DNA from: Bdellovibrionales bacterium
Lineage (GTDB): Bacteria; Bdellovibrionota; Bdellovibrionia; Bdellovibrionales; UBA1609
NCBI GenBank assembly: GCA_965199935.1
Contig: CBDATD010000002.1
Coordinates: 53,282 to 117,281, forward strand
Length of the DNA stretch: 64,000 nt
Direction: 5' to 3'
A program made the position numbers and the translations under genes. Positions 47,070 through 57,804 of the stretch are shown piece by piece (positions within the stretch are counted from its first letter, which is position 1; each line of letters starts with the position of its first letter). The notes under the pieces are model-generated. The model was not told the origin of the DNA and searched no databases. It worked only from the letters and a program-made list of their open reading frames with translations.

Positions 47070-49040
47070 ATGTTTCAATTAAAGTCTTCTTTTACTTTGG
47101 CGGGGTCTCAGGGGCCGGCCGTTGAGTCTTTATGCTCCAACTTTAAAAAAAATAAAAACCATCAAGTGCTGTTGGGAGTGACCGGCTCCGGAAAAACTTT
47201 TACAATAGCCCACGTTATTGAAAGACTCAAAATGCCTGCTTTGATTTTAGCTCCTAATAAAACTTTAGCGGCTCAGCTTTTTTCCGAATTTAAAGAACTC
47301 TTTCCTCAAAACGCCGTAGAGTATTTTGTCAGCTATTATGATTACTATCAGCCGGAGGCTTATCTGCCGGTTTCAGACACCTACATAGAAAAAGACTCTT
47401 CCATCAACGACCAAATTGACCGCATGAGGCATTCCGCCACAAATGCGCTGATGAGCCGAAAAGATGTGATTATTGTCAGCAGTATCTCCTGCATTTACGG
47501 GCTGGGAAGCCCTTCGGATTATGAAGAGCTGGCTGTTCACTTATTCTTTAATCAAAAAATAGAGCGCGATGATCTTTTAAAAAAGTTGGTTTCTATCCAA
47601 TTTATGAGAAAAGATGATGATTTTCACCGAGGTGTTTTTCGAGTTAGAGGAGATACTGTAGATGTTTTTCCGCCGCATGAAGATCAAAAAGCTTTTCGCA
47701 TTGAATTTTTTGGAGACTATATCGACCGCATGAGTTGTATAGACCCCATTACAGGGGAAACTCTTTATGAATGCCAGAAGATTTCCCTTTATCCCGTCAG
47801 CCATTATGCCAGCACTCAGGAAAAGCATACAAAAGCTCTTCAAGAAATTAAAAAAGAATTAAAAAGTCATCTGAGGGTGTTAAGGACGCAAAAAAAAATT
47901 TTAGAAATGGACCGCCTCAAAAAAAGAACTTTATACGATTTAGAAATTATTCGTGAAATGGGGGTTTGCCCCGGTATAGAAAATTACTCCAGGCACTTTT
48001 CAGGCCGAAGCCCCGGAGAGCCGCCGCCGACTTTGTTGGAGTATTTTCCTAAAAAGTTCCTAATGGTTATTGATGAAAGCCATATCACGGTGCCGCAGGC
48101 GGGGGGGATGTACGCCGGGGACCGAAAAAGAAAAACCACTTTAGTGGAGTACGGCTTTCGCCTGCCCTCTGCTTTAGACAATCGTCCTTTGAATTTTAAT
48201 GAATTTGAAAATTTTTTAAATCAAGCGGTCTATGTCTCAGCCACTCCCGGGTCGTATGAGATTGAAAAAAGCGGCGGCGCCGTTGTGGAGCAAATCATTC
48301 GACCCACAGGTCTTCTGGATCCGGAAATTCAAATACGCCCCATCCGAAATCAAGTGGATGATCTTCTTTCGGAAATTCAGAAACAAAATAAAAAAGGACA
48401 CCGTACTTTGATTACTACTTTAACAAAAAAAATGGCGGAAGATTTGACTTCCTATTTTCAAAAATTAGGTCTTAAAGCAAAATACCTGCACAGCGACATC
48501 AAAACAATAGAAAGGACGGCCTTGTTAAAAGATCTGCGTTTAGGCGTGGTGGATGTGCTTGTGGGCATTAATTTGCTGAGAGAGGGTTTGGACCTGCCTG
48601 AAGTGGGTTTAGTGGCTGTGATGGACGCGGATAAGGAGGGCTTTCTTCGATCCGCCCGTTCTCTCATTCAAACCATGGGAAGAGCCGCCAGGAATGTAGA
48701 AGGCCGGGTGATTCTTTACGCCGATCAAGTGACCTCTTCCATGAAGTCTGCGATAGATGAAACAAAGAGACGAAGGAAGATTCAGAAAAAGTTTAATCAA
48801 GATCATAATATTATACCCCGCACGGTTCAAAAATCTGCTCCGAAAGAATTGATGGAAATTTACGGGTTTGATAAAGAAAATATAAAACAAGAAAAGGGTG
48901 TGAAGAAAAATCTTCCGAAAAAAATTATTGATTTGAAAAAACAAATGAAGTCGGCCTCAGACCGCTTGGATTTTGAATCAGCGGTCCGCCTCCGCGACCA
49001 AATCAAAAGATACGAACTCATGGAACTCGCTTCCAAATAA
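47070..49040 (+). CDS. uvrB: Excinuclease ABC subunit B
   Basis: LLGVTGSGKT, FVSYYDYYQPEAY, GIENYSRH, YVSATPG, GINLLREGLDLPEV, FE.A..LRD. Confidence 0.98.
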   Translation: MFQLKSSFTLAGSQGPAVESLCSNFKKNKNHQVLLGVTGSGKTFTIAHVIERLKMPALILAPNKTLAAQLFSEFKELFPQNAVEYFVSYYDYYQPEAYLPVSDTYIEKDSSINDQIDRMRHSATNALMSRKDVIIVSSISCIYGLGSPSDYEELAVHLFFNQKIERDDLLKKLVSIQFMRKDDDFHRGVFRVRGDTVDVFPPHEDQKAFRIEFFGDYIDRMSCIDPITGETLYECQKISLYPVSHYASTQEKHTKALQEIKKELKSHLRVLRTQKKILEMDRLKKRTLYDLEIIREMGVCPGIENYSRHFSGRSPGEPPPTLLEYFPKKFLMVIDESHITVPQAGGMYAGDRKRKTTLVEYGFRLPSALDNRPLNFNEFENFLNQAVYVSATPGSYEIEKSGGAVVEQIIRPTGLLDPEIQIRPIRNQVDDLLSEIQKQNKKGHRTLITTLTKKMAEDLTSYFQKLGLKAKYLHSDIKTIERTALLKDLRLGVVDVLVGINLLREGLDLPEVGLVAVMDADKEGFLRSARSLIQTMGRAARNVEGRVILYADQVTSSMKSAIDETKRRRKIQKKFNQDHNIIPRTVQKSAPKELMEIYGFDKENIKQEKGVKKNLPKKIIDLKKQMKSASDRLDFESAVRLRDQIKRYELMELASK

Positions 49041-49097
49041 CAACGTTGGGCAAAACAGGTCAAAAATCCATCTATTTTTATAAAAATATCATTTTTT

Positions 49098-49144
49098 AAT
49101 TTATGCAAATTTTTATTGACAAAAATTTATGCATAAATTATTAT
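49098..49144 (+). promoter_or_regulatory. sigma70 promoter with palindromic operator for the R-M operon
   Basis: TTGACA (49116-21)-N17-TATTAT (49139-44); perfect palindrome AATTTATGCATAAATT at 49124-39; degenerate copy at 49098-49111. Confidence 0.7.
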
Positions 49145-49164
49145 TACTCTTTTGAGGAGATTAG

Positions 49165-49770
49165 ATGCCTTTTCTTCGATCTAAACAAGAGAAACTCTCG
49201 AATGTTGTAGCAATACCCATTCAAACAGGTTTTCAAGCACGGGGGCAGGTTCATCCCGATCCACAAGGCAACTATAATTTACTACAGGTGAAAAACACCT
49301 CTCAAAACATATTATACTACATAAGATCAGCAAAACTAGACAAAATTTCTATACCTGAAAAGAAAAGAAAATTTATGGCTAAATATTTAATGCAGGAAAA
49401 GGATGTATTATACCTTTCAAAATTAAAACCTATGGCTTTCCGATATACAGGTTCTATTGAAAGTACAGTGCCAGTGGCTCATTTTTATATTTTACGTCCG
49501 AAAATAAACACTATTGATGCTGATTATCTTTGTTGGGTTCTAAATCAGGGTTTTATGAAGCCGCATATTCAAAAATGCCTTCGAGGAACTGTTTTTCCTT
49601 TTATTCCAAAGAATGCTTTGATGGAGCTTAAAATTCCTCTGCCAAACATGGGTGTTCAAAAAAAAATTGTAAATGTGATACATCTAAAAATGAGGGAAAA
49701 GGAAATACAAGAGAAAATAAGAAGGAAAAAAAATATTTTAATAGATACAGTATTAAACAGGCTTTTATAG
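49165..49770 (+). CDS. Half-size HsdS-like protein (one TRD plus helical arm)
   Basis: IQTGFQAR, KDVLY, FYILRP...DYLCWVLN, IPLPNMGVQKKIV. Confidence 0.7.
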   Translation: MPFLRSKQEKLSNVVAIPIQTGFQARGQVHPDPQGNYNLLQVKNTSQNILYYIRSAKLDKISIPEKKRKFMAKYLMQEKDVLYLSKLKPMAFRYTGSIESTVPVAHFYILRPKINTIDADYLCWVLNQGFMKPHIQKCLRGTVFPFIPKNALMELKIPLPNMGVQKKIVNVIHLKMREKEIQEKIRRKKNILIDTVLNRLL

Positions 49771-49783
49771 GGAGATGTTAAAA

Positions 49784-51286
49784 ATGAATACAGAAAATAA
49801 CAGAGTCAATACAATCAATGAGCTTAATGCTAAGCTGTGGTCTGTCTGTGATACTTTCAGAAATAGGATCGACGCCGCCTTTTATAAAGATTATATTCTT
49901 GCTTTTTTATTTCTGAAGTACATTTCAGATATTTACGAAAGTAAAATCGAAGAATACATGCAGAAATATGGAGGAGACGAAGAGAGGGTGCAAAGAAGGT
50001 TGAAGAGGGAGTTGTTTGTATTAAATGATCAATGTACTTTTAATCATATTTTCAAAAATAGGAATAGTGATAATATTGGAAGTATTATCAATGAAGTGTT
50101 TCATAAGGTAGAAGAGTTTAATAAATCAAAACTGCATAATGTTTTTAGGAATGTTGATTTTAATTCTGAGGCTGTTTTAGGGAAACCTAAGATAAAAAAT
50201 GTTCTTCTTAAGAATTTGATAAATGACTTTAAAGATATCAGTCTTAAGAAATTTTTAGGCCGATCGGATATTATAGGAAGTTCTTATCTTTATCTTATCA
50301 ATAATTTTGCTGCAGATGCCGGAAAAAAAGGAGGAGAGTTTTTTACTCCTCCGGAGGTTTCAGAACTGTTGGCAAAACTCATAGAGCCAGAAGAGGGAGA
50401 TAAGGTGTATGATCCAACCTGCGGCTCCGGCTCTCTTTTAATTAAAGTCAGGCAAGAAATCAAAGGATCTAATTTTTCCCTCTATGGACAGGAGGTCAAT
50501 GGAGGAACTTGGGCTTTGGCCAAAATGAATATGTTTCTTCACGGAATTACACAGTCGTATATTGAGTGGGGGGATACCATTATGTCGCCTCAGTTTTTAA
50601 CAAAAAAGTCTAACTCTATAATGAAATTTCAAAGGGTGATTGCCAATCCTCCTTTCAGTAAAAAAAAATGGGGGTATGAGAGTGTTCAAAATGATGTCTA
50701 TAATCGCTTTCATCGGGGGATGCCTCCTAAATCCAAAGGAGATTGGGCGTTTATATCCCACATGGTGGAGAGTCTGTTGCCGGAGGGAACGGCCGGGGTG
50801 GTTGTTCCTCATGGTGTGCTCTTTCGAGGAAGAGCTGAAGGGCGTATTAGAGAAAAACTGATAGAAGAAAACATAATTCATGCAGTGATTGGTTTGCCTT
50901 CCAATTTATTTTTTGGGACGGGTATTCCAGCAGCGTTATTAATTTTTCAGAAAAACAGAAAGAAAAAAAACATATTGTTTATTGATGCCAGCCGGGAGTT
51001 TGAAGAGGGGAAAGCCCAAAACAAACTGAGGTCAGAAGATATTGAAAAAATTACAAAAGTTTATAAAAAAAGAAAAAGTGCGGCCAAGTATGCTCATTTA
51101 GCTAACATAAAAGAGGTGAAAGAAAATGAGTGTAATTTGAATATTCCCCGCTACGTGGATACTTTTGAGGAGGAAGAGGAGGTTGATATTAGATCTGTTC
51201 AAAAAGAGATTGAAGGTTTGGAAAAAGAATTGGCTTCAGTTCGAAAAAAAATGAAAAAACATTTAGATGAACTGAAAAACAAATAA
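49784..51286 (+). CDS. hsdM: Type I R-M methyltransferase subunit M, intact
   Basis: GKKGGEFFTPPEV, YDPTCGSGSLL, YGQE, ANPPFS, VVPHGVLFRG, NLNIPRYVD; GGAG upstream of ATG 49784 (alternative 49775). Confidence 0.97.
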   Translation: MNTENNRVNTINELNAKLWSVCDTFRNRIDAAFYKDYILAFLFLKYISDIYESKIEEYMQKYGGDEERVQRRLKRELFVLNDQCTFNHIFKNRNSDNIGSIINEVFHKVEEFNKSKLHNVFRNVDFNSEAVLGKPKIKNVLLKNLINDFKDISLKKFLGRSDIIGSSYLYLINNFAADAGKKGGEFFTPPEVSELLAKLIEPEEGDKVYDPTCGSGSLLIKVRQEIKGSNFSLYGQEVNGGTWALAKMNMFLHGITQSYIEWGDTIMSPQFLTKKSNSIMKFQRVIANPPFSKKKWGYESVQNDVYNRFHRGMPPKSKGDWAFISHMVESLLPEGTAGVVVPHGVLFRGRAEGRIREKLIEENIIHAVIGLPSNLFFGTGIPAALLIFQKNRKKKNILFIDASREFEEGKAQNKLRSEDIEKITKVYKKRKSAAKYAHLANIKEVKENECNLNIPRYVDTFEEEEEVDIRSVQKEIEGLEKELASVRKKMKKHLDELKNK

Positions 51287-51405
51287 GGTGTATTTTATAT
51301 GACTGACAGGCAGATTAAAAATTTTATCTTAACTGGTGAAGGATTCATTGACTGCATTTTATGTCGGGGAACAGATAAAGTTAAAATTTTAGGAGAAAAT
51401 AAAAT

Positions 51406-51783
51406 ATGAGTGATGTAATAAAGAGGCAGGGTAAAACGTTTGAAGATATTCTTCAGAAAACAAAAGACGGTGTGGAGTTTTGGTCTGCAAGAGAGTTACA
51501 GAAGGTTTTAGAGTACACTAGTTGGGACAAATTCAAGGTAGTCATTGAAAAATCCATTAAAGCTTGTGAAAATTCTGGAAACCCTGTTTCTGACTATTTT
51601 TCCCAAGTGGGAAAAATAGTCAGAACAGGCTTAGGAGTTGAGCGTCATGTCCTAGACTACGACTATCGTCTTACTCGATATGCCTGCTACTTGATCGTTC
51701 AAAATGCTGATTCTTCCAAACCTATTTTGCCGTTTAAATTACCGGAACCAAAAAATGAGGAGAAAATATGTCAGATCAAGTAA
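51406..51783 (+). pseudogene. DinD (Bro-N-like) N-terminal fragment
   Basis: EFWSARELQ.VLEY..W..F..VI.K...AC..SG, LTRYACYLIVQNAD; ends abruptly after SSKP. Confidence 0.75.
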
Positions 51784-52568
51784 ATAAAAATAAAGGAATT
51801 TCTAACGAAGAGCACTCAATTCCTGAATATGGCAAGTCCGCTTTTCATTGTCCTCATTGCAATACGTATGCCAATCAAAAGCGACAGCTCATTTGTATAA
51901 ACAAATTTCTAGATGTTAAGAGAGAAATTGAGATAAGTATAAAGGAGAGTTACCTACGTCGGACGCTAGATAAAACTACGATTCACAACATAACAAAAGC
52001 GTATCACGATGTGTTGTACGATCGTGCTACTATTAAAAACAGCTGTTTGTCATCATGTGATCATTGTAGAAAGTTCTCAATATGGATAGATAAACAAGTA
52101 GTTTATCCTCAAGTTTTAGCTGGTCCTCTGCCTGTTTCAGAAATGCCCGATTCTGTAAAAGAGTTGTATGATGAAGCTAGAGCGATATACAATCAATCTC
52201 CTAGAGGAGCTTGTGCTTTATTAAGGCTCTCTATTCAAACTTTGGTTAAAAAATTAGGAGAAGACGAAAATAATTTAAACAAAGCCATTGGAAATCTAGT
52301 TGAGAGAGGACTACCTCAAAGAATACAACAAGCTTTGGATTCTGTGAGAGTCATTGGCAACAGTGCTGTTCATCCTGGAAAAATAAACATACAAGATAGT
52401 CCTAAGAAAGCGACGGCTCTTTTTATGCTTGTTAATTTTATCTGTGAAAAAATGATCACAGAAAATAAACGAGTAAAAGCAATTTTTGATACTCTTCCAG
52501 GTACATCGAAAAAAGCTATACAAAAAAGAGATAGCACGGTGAATGAAATAAAAATTAAACGGGTATAG
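51768..52568 (+). CDS. DUF4145 (HEPN-like) protein with N-terminal zinc ribbon
   Basis: CPHC...CDHC; LYDEAR....SPRGACALLRL..Q; LDSVRVIGNSAVHPG. Confidence 0.85.
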   Translation: MSDQVNKNKGISNEEHSIPEYGKSAFHCPHCNTYANQKRQLICINKFLDVKREIEISIKESYLRRTLDKTTIHNITKAYHDVLYDRATIKNSCLSSCDHCRKFSIWIDKQVVYPQVLAGPLPVSEMPDSVKELYDEARAIYNQSPRGACALLRLSIQTLVKKLGEDENNLNKAIGNLVERGLPQRIQQALDSVRVIGNSAVHPGKINIQDSPKKATALFMLVNFICEKMITENKRVKAIFDTLPGTSKKAIQKRDSTVNEIKIKRV

Positions 52569-52661
52569 TGAAAAATGATGAGAAAAGAAAAATATTCTAG
52601 AATCCCTATCGAAATATTTTTCTATTTTCACAAAAATTTGTAAAAAAGAGAGTATTTTCTA

Positions 52662-53912
52662 ATGAAAACGGTAAATAAAAAACTGAAGAATGAACTTCTA
52701 CCAAAAGGTTGGTGTAAGGTGAGGTTAGGTGATATTTTAGAATTTAAGAATGGATTGAATACAGAAAAAGAAAATTATGGTAACGGCACCAAATTTGTAA
52801 ACGTGATGGATATTTTTAAATACGATCATCTCTATTCAAGTGAAATTATTGGTTCTGTTCAAGTTAGTAAAAAACAAAAAAATGAATATTCAGTAAAATA
52901 TGGAGATATTTTGTTCAACAGAACTTCCGAAACATTGGAAGAGATTGCTATGTCATCTGTCTATCTTGATAAAAAAGAGATTTTATTTGGAGGCTTTGTC
53001 ATCAGAGGGAGATCTAAGATTAATGTGTTTACTCCTGAATATTCTGTTTACAGTCTTCAGACTGCTAGTGTTCGAAAGAATTTAATAAAACGTGGACAAG
53101 GTGCAGTCCGTGCAAATATTGGGCAAAAAGATTTATCTCAAATTATCGTCCTTCTTCCCCCTATGGATGAGCAAAAAAGGATTGTAGAAGTACTTTCAAC
53201 GTGGGACCAGGCTATTGCAAAAGTGGAAAAACTTATTTTATCTAAGGAAAAGCAATTCAAATGGCTCTTAAAAACTCTTATTACCGATCAACAAAACAAC
53301 CCTAATTGGAAAAAAGTAAAATTAGGAGACATTGGAACTATATCAAGTGCTGGGGTGGATAAGAAAATAATTGAAAATGAAAAAAAGGTTAAACTCCTCA
53401 ACTACTTAGATGTATTGAGAAAAGATTTTATTTTTTCTCATAGTTTACGTCACTGGGTGACTGCTTCAGAAAAAAAAGTTATTAAATGTGATATTAAAAA
53501 AGGGGATATCTTTTTCACTCCATCATCTGAAATTCAAGGAGATATTGCACATTCAACCACTGCTATGGAAGATATGAAAAGAGCTGTTTACAGCTATCAT
53601 GTCGTTCGTTTTAGGCTAAAAGAAAAATGGAATTTAATATTTAGAGGTTATATTTTTAAATCAGATTATTTCTACAAACAAGCTTACTCACGTTGCCAAG
53701 GTAGTGGGCAAAGATATGTATTATCACAAAATGATTTTAGAAATATGAGTGTGTATTTCCCTTCTTCCACTGTGGAGCAAAGTAGAATTGCAATAATACT
53801 TCACTCCGCTCAAAAGGAAATTGAACTGTTGAAGTCACGTAAAAATTTATATCAGAATCAAAAAAAAGGACTGATGCAAAAGCTCTTGACTGGAAAAATC
53901 AGGCTACAATAA
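52662..53912 (+). CDS. hsdS: Type I R-M specificity subunit S, intact
   Basis: LPKGW..VRLGD, two TRDs, LPPMDEQKRIV, EQSRIA, KKGLMQKLLTG. Confidence 0.95.
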   Translation: MKTVNKKLKNELLPKGWCKVRLGDILEFKNGLNTEKENYGNGTKFVNVMDIFKYDHLYSSEIIGSVQVSKKQKNEYSVKYGDILFNRTSETLEEIAMSSVYLDKKEILFGGFVIRGRSKINVFTPEYSVYSLQTASVRKNLIKRGQGAVRANIGQKDLSQIIVLLPPMDEQKRIVEVLSTWDQAIAKVEKLILSKEKQFKWLLKTLITDQQNNPNWKKVKLGDIGTISSAGVDKKIIENEKKVKLLNYLDVLRKDFIFSHSLRHWVTASEKKVIKCDIKKGDIFFTPSSEIQGDIAHSTTAMEDMKRAVYSYHVVRFRLKEKWNLIFRGYIFKSDYFYKQAYSRCQGSGQRYVLSQNDFRNMSVYFPSSTVEQSRIAIILHSAQKEIELLKSRKNLYQNQKKGLMQKLLTGKIRLQ

Positions 53913-53955
53913 TTATGTTATACTTTGTACGACAAATAGACAGGAGGAAATAATA

Positions 53956-55007
53956 ATGGAAACGGAAAAAGGTAAAGATTCTATGGTAGAGAATCAAGCA
54001 AATCAAGATGTGAACACAGGGTTTCGTAATGAGGTGAGTGTCATAAGCAATGATATACAAGATAAATATGGAAAAATAAAAGAAAGTTATTCGGAATGTA
54101 AAACAATTCTTTCCAACGTACAGGAAGAACATGGCATCATAAAAAAATATCCACCACTCTGAAAGAAGATCATGATAAAGTCATTAAGCTCACCAGTGAG
54201 ATGCAAGGTGTGAAGGAGAAATCTGAAAATTTATTCAGAAAAATTCAACAATGTGATATTGCCTCTCAAAAGGGAATCATAGAAATAGAAACACAAAAAA
54301 AGAGATCTTTTGATATCGTAAATGAAGTGAAACAAATGTTTGAAAATGGAAAGGGTTTTATTTCTGAAATAAAAAAAATACACGAGCAATCTAATATTTT
54401 GAAAGACAAAATGCAAAAACAATGCAGTTCTTTTGAAAAGATCGTTAAAGATAAAAGCAAAGTACTGGACTCTCTTACTGAAAAAATAGAAAATCTTTTA
54501 CCGGGGGCTACATCTGCTGGATTGGCTTCAAGTTATCGTAGTGCTCGAAAAGAAAAGAACACGAAGTGTTATTGGTTTGGTTTTCTTGGTTCGTTAATAG
54601 TTTTATGCGGCGGATATTTTTATTATTTAATAGCTACAGGCTCAGGAATTGATTGGTTAGATGTTGTTGTTCGTACAGTTGTTGGCATGCCTTTGGTATG
54701 GATTGCTTGGTACTGTCAGAGATCTATATCACAAACAAATAAGATTAAAGAAGAATATCATCATAAACAGAGAATGATGAGTGTCTTTGATGGATTTTCG
54801 AAATACGTTAGTGAATTAACCAAAGATGATCCAGAGCAAAATAAGTTAAAAAAATTGGAACTCATATCTGCTGTCATTGATGCCATTAAAAAGAACCCAT
54901 CAGAAATACTTAATCCTTCTGAAACTTTTTTGGATTCTTTAGAAAGGAAGAAAAAGACGAGCCAAAATAATAGAAATAATTCAGGAGAATCAGTAAATCA
55001 TGCATAG
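53956..55007 (+). pseudogene. Coiled-coil + 2-TM protein, split by a -1 frameshift
   Basis: ORFs 53956-54162 and 54201-55007 join into 350 aa if A7 at 54141-47 is A8. Confidence 0.65.
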
Positions 55008-55095
55008 AAATCTCATAGATATATGCAGATGATCACTTGTCGTTCAAATTTTGGTGGAAAAATTCATATTGCGTTAATTATGGAGGTGTAAATAT

Positions 55096-56888
55096 ATGAA
55101 AATAAAAAAACTTATATTAAAAAATTTTAGGGCATATAAAAATATTGCAATAGATTTTTCATCTGATCTTAATGTCATTATTGGTAAAAATGATGTAGGA
55201 AAATCTACAGTGTTAGAGGCTCTTGATATTTTTTTTGAGGGAGGCTCTATAAAATTAGATATCTCTGATTGCCATGTGTTTGCTCTAGATAAGAAGGTTA
55301 CAATAGGAGTCATGCTTGAGATAGAAAACGATCGTGAGTATTTATTGGATGAACAAGTAAAAACCACTCTTGAAGGAGAAAGTTTATTGAATGAGAAGGG
55401 TTTTTTGGAAATACATAAAATATGGGATTGTAGTGGAAAATCTATCGCAAAATCGTCTCTATCCACATATTTTAATGCGTATTATTTTAGTGAGTTCAAA
55501 GATAAGCCTTTAATCAATTTTAAAAATAACGATCTAAAGAAACTCTTATCTAGTAAAAAATTAGATTGCTCTAATAAAACTGTCAATTCTGAAATTAGAA
55601 AATCAATATATAAGAGTTTGGACAGTCCATCTAAAGAGAATGTTTTGGTACAATTAGATAAAGAAGATGCTAAAAGGACATGGGAGTCTATAAAAAAAGA
55701 ATTACCTATGGTTTTCTTGTTTCAATCTGACAGAGCCAATAGAGATAGTGACAAAGAAGTTCAAGATCCACTAAAAGCAATCACTAAAGAAGCTATTAGC
55801 ACGTTAGAAGGAGAGTTAAACAAAGTAAAAAAAGAAATTGAAGATAAAATAAAAGAGTTAGGGAAATTAACGATAAAGAAGTTAAAACAGCTGACTCCGG
55901 AAATATCTGATACCTTGGAGCCGAAAATCACAAATAAGCCATGGGAATCTTTATTTAACTTTTCATTTGATGATGAGCAGCATATCCCTATTAACAAGCG
56001 TGGAAGCGGCGTTAGACGCCTTATATTGCTTAGTTATTTCCAAGCCACAAGCAGAGAAAAAAAACACAGAAGATAAAAATATTATTTATGCAATTGAAGA
56101 ACCTGAAACATCTCAGCATCCTGATTATCAACAGATGATCATTAAAAGTTTAAAGGAAATCAGCAGGAAAGAAAAGTCACAAGTATTCATCACCACTCAC
56201 ACCCCAGAAATAGCAAAGCTATGCAATGAGGATAACCTAATATTACTAGAAAAAAATAATAAAGAGGTTTCAGTAGATACGTCTGAAAATAAGATAAGAA
56301 AAATTGCAAAAACTCTGGGAGTGTTGCCTTACTTATCCAAGTTTTGTATATTTGTAGAGGGCAACAATGATGTAGAATTTTTACAAACGATTAATCAAAA
56401 TATACCAGAATTAAAAAGCATATTTGATTTTTAAAAAATACGAAATATCTGTTCTTCCTCTTTTGGGGGGTAATCTAATGAATTGGGTCAATAAGGATTA
56501 CATAGGGAGATCTAACATAAAGGCTTTTTATTTATTTGATAACGACAAGTCAGAAAATCAAACAAAAGTGAAAGAGATTAATGAAAAAAATAATAAAAAT
56601 AAAGCTCGAACAACAAAGTTTAGAGAAATGGAAAATTACTTTTCACCTGTCCTTGTTGAGAAGTATTTTGATATTACATTTTCTGAAGAGGAAAAAATGA
56701 AATGGGAAAAAAAAGATATAGCAAAACTTGTTAAACAGAAGAAAGGTATATCTCACAAGGATATAAAAAGTAAAATGAATAAAAAATTAGTTCAAAAAAT
56801 ATCAAAAGCGACATTAGAAGAAATGAGGGCATGGGATGAAGTACAATGTTGGTTTAAAACTATGAAGAATATGTACGATGAGGGTTGA
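55096..56888 (+). pseudogene. OLD-family ATP-dependent endonuclease (ABC ATPase + TOPRIM), two +1 frameshifts
   Basis: IGKNDVGKST, RGSG.RRL, IEEPETSQHP, ITTH.P, FVEGNND, EMENY; shifts near 56050-64 and T5 at 56428-32; restored length 596 aa. Confidence 0.88.
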
Positions 56889-57045
56889 AGTTAAAAAGCA
56901 AATCATAAATTCTTTTGGAAGACATAGGAATGAAGATGGAAGTTATAAAAAATCCGACTAAAGGTCTTTCAGCTTATGCTAAGCACAGCTCTTTTCTCAT
57001 ACAGCGGAGAGTTGCAAAAAAACTACACCGGTAAAGGAATTAACA

Positions 57046-57804
57046 ATGTTTGATTGGAAAATGATTGATGAAAAAAAAACACAGTTGGATAAACTGCGTC
57101 CTTTTCCGAAAAGTACTCTGAAAAGCCTTCAAGAAAAAATATCTTTAGAGTGGACCTATCACTCTAATGCCATCGAAGGCAACACTCTTACATTAAAAGA
57201 AACAAAAGTGGCTCTAGAAGGGATCACCATCGGAGGTAAAAGTGTTCGAGAACACTTGGAAGCCATTAACCATAAAGATGCTATTCAATATTTATATGAA
57301 ATTATAAAAAACAAAGAAAAACTCAGCGAATGGCAAATCAAGCAAATTCACGCTCTCATTCTTAAAAAAATTGATCCAAAAAATGCAGGGGCTTATCGAA
57401 AAGAAAATGTATTAATTTCCGGTGCAAAGCATATACCGCCGGATCATATCCATGTTTCTGACGAAATGAAAAATCTTCTCAGCTGTTATAAGACAAAATG
57501 GAAAGACTTACATCCTTTAGAGCGGGCTTCTTTACTTCATATTGATTTTGTTAAAATCCACCCTTTTACAGATGGAAATGGAAGGACTTCCCGCTTGCTT
57601 CAAAACTTTGAACTCATAAAAGAAGGGTTTCCTCCTATTGTTATCAAAAAGGAAAAAAGGTTAGAATATTATGATGCCTTAGATAAAGCACACACAGAAG
57701 GGGATTGTACAGATTTTATGAAACTGTCTGCTGAATGTTTGGAGAAATCTCTTGATTTATACTTGCAAACGGTATGTTCCATTCACTCAGAAAATTCTAA
57801 AAAA
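57046..57804 (+). CDS. Fic-domain portion of a Fic-linker-HsdR(N) ORF (57046-58200)
   Basis: Canonical HPFTDGNGRTSR motif and inhibitory SNAIEGN motif; no stop before the HsdR sequence. Confidence 0.9.

Noticed and set aside
52662-53912. Invertible hsdS phase-variation system
   Set aside because: No inverted hsdS copy, inverted repeats or invertase seen; both S-like genes are in the same orientation
55096-56888. Gabija system
   Set aside because: No UvrD-like GajB gene adjacent
53913-57045. PrrC/RloC anticodon nuclease in the hsdS-hsdR slot
   Set aside because: The ATPase here is followed by TOPRIM motifs (FVEG, ENY), not a HEPN Rx4-6H nuclease domain
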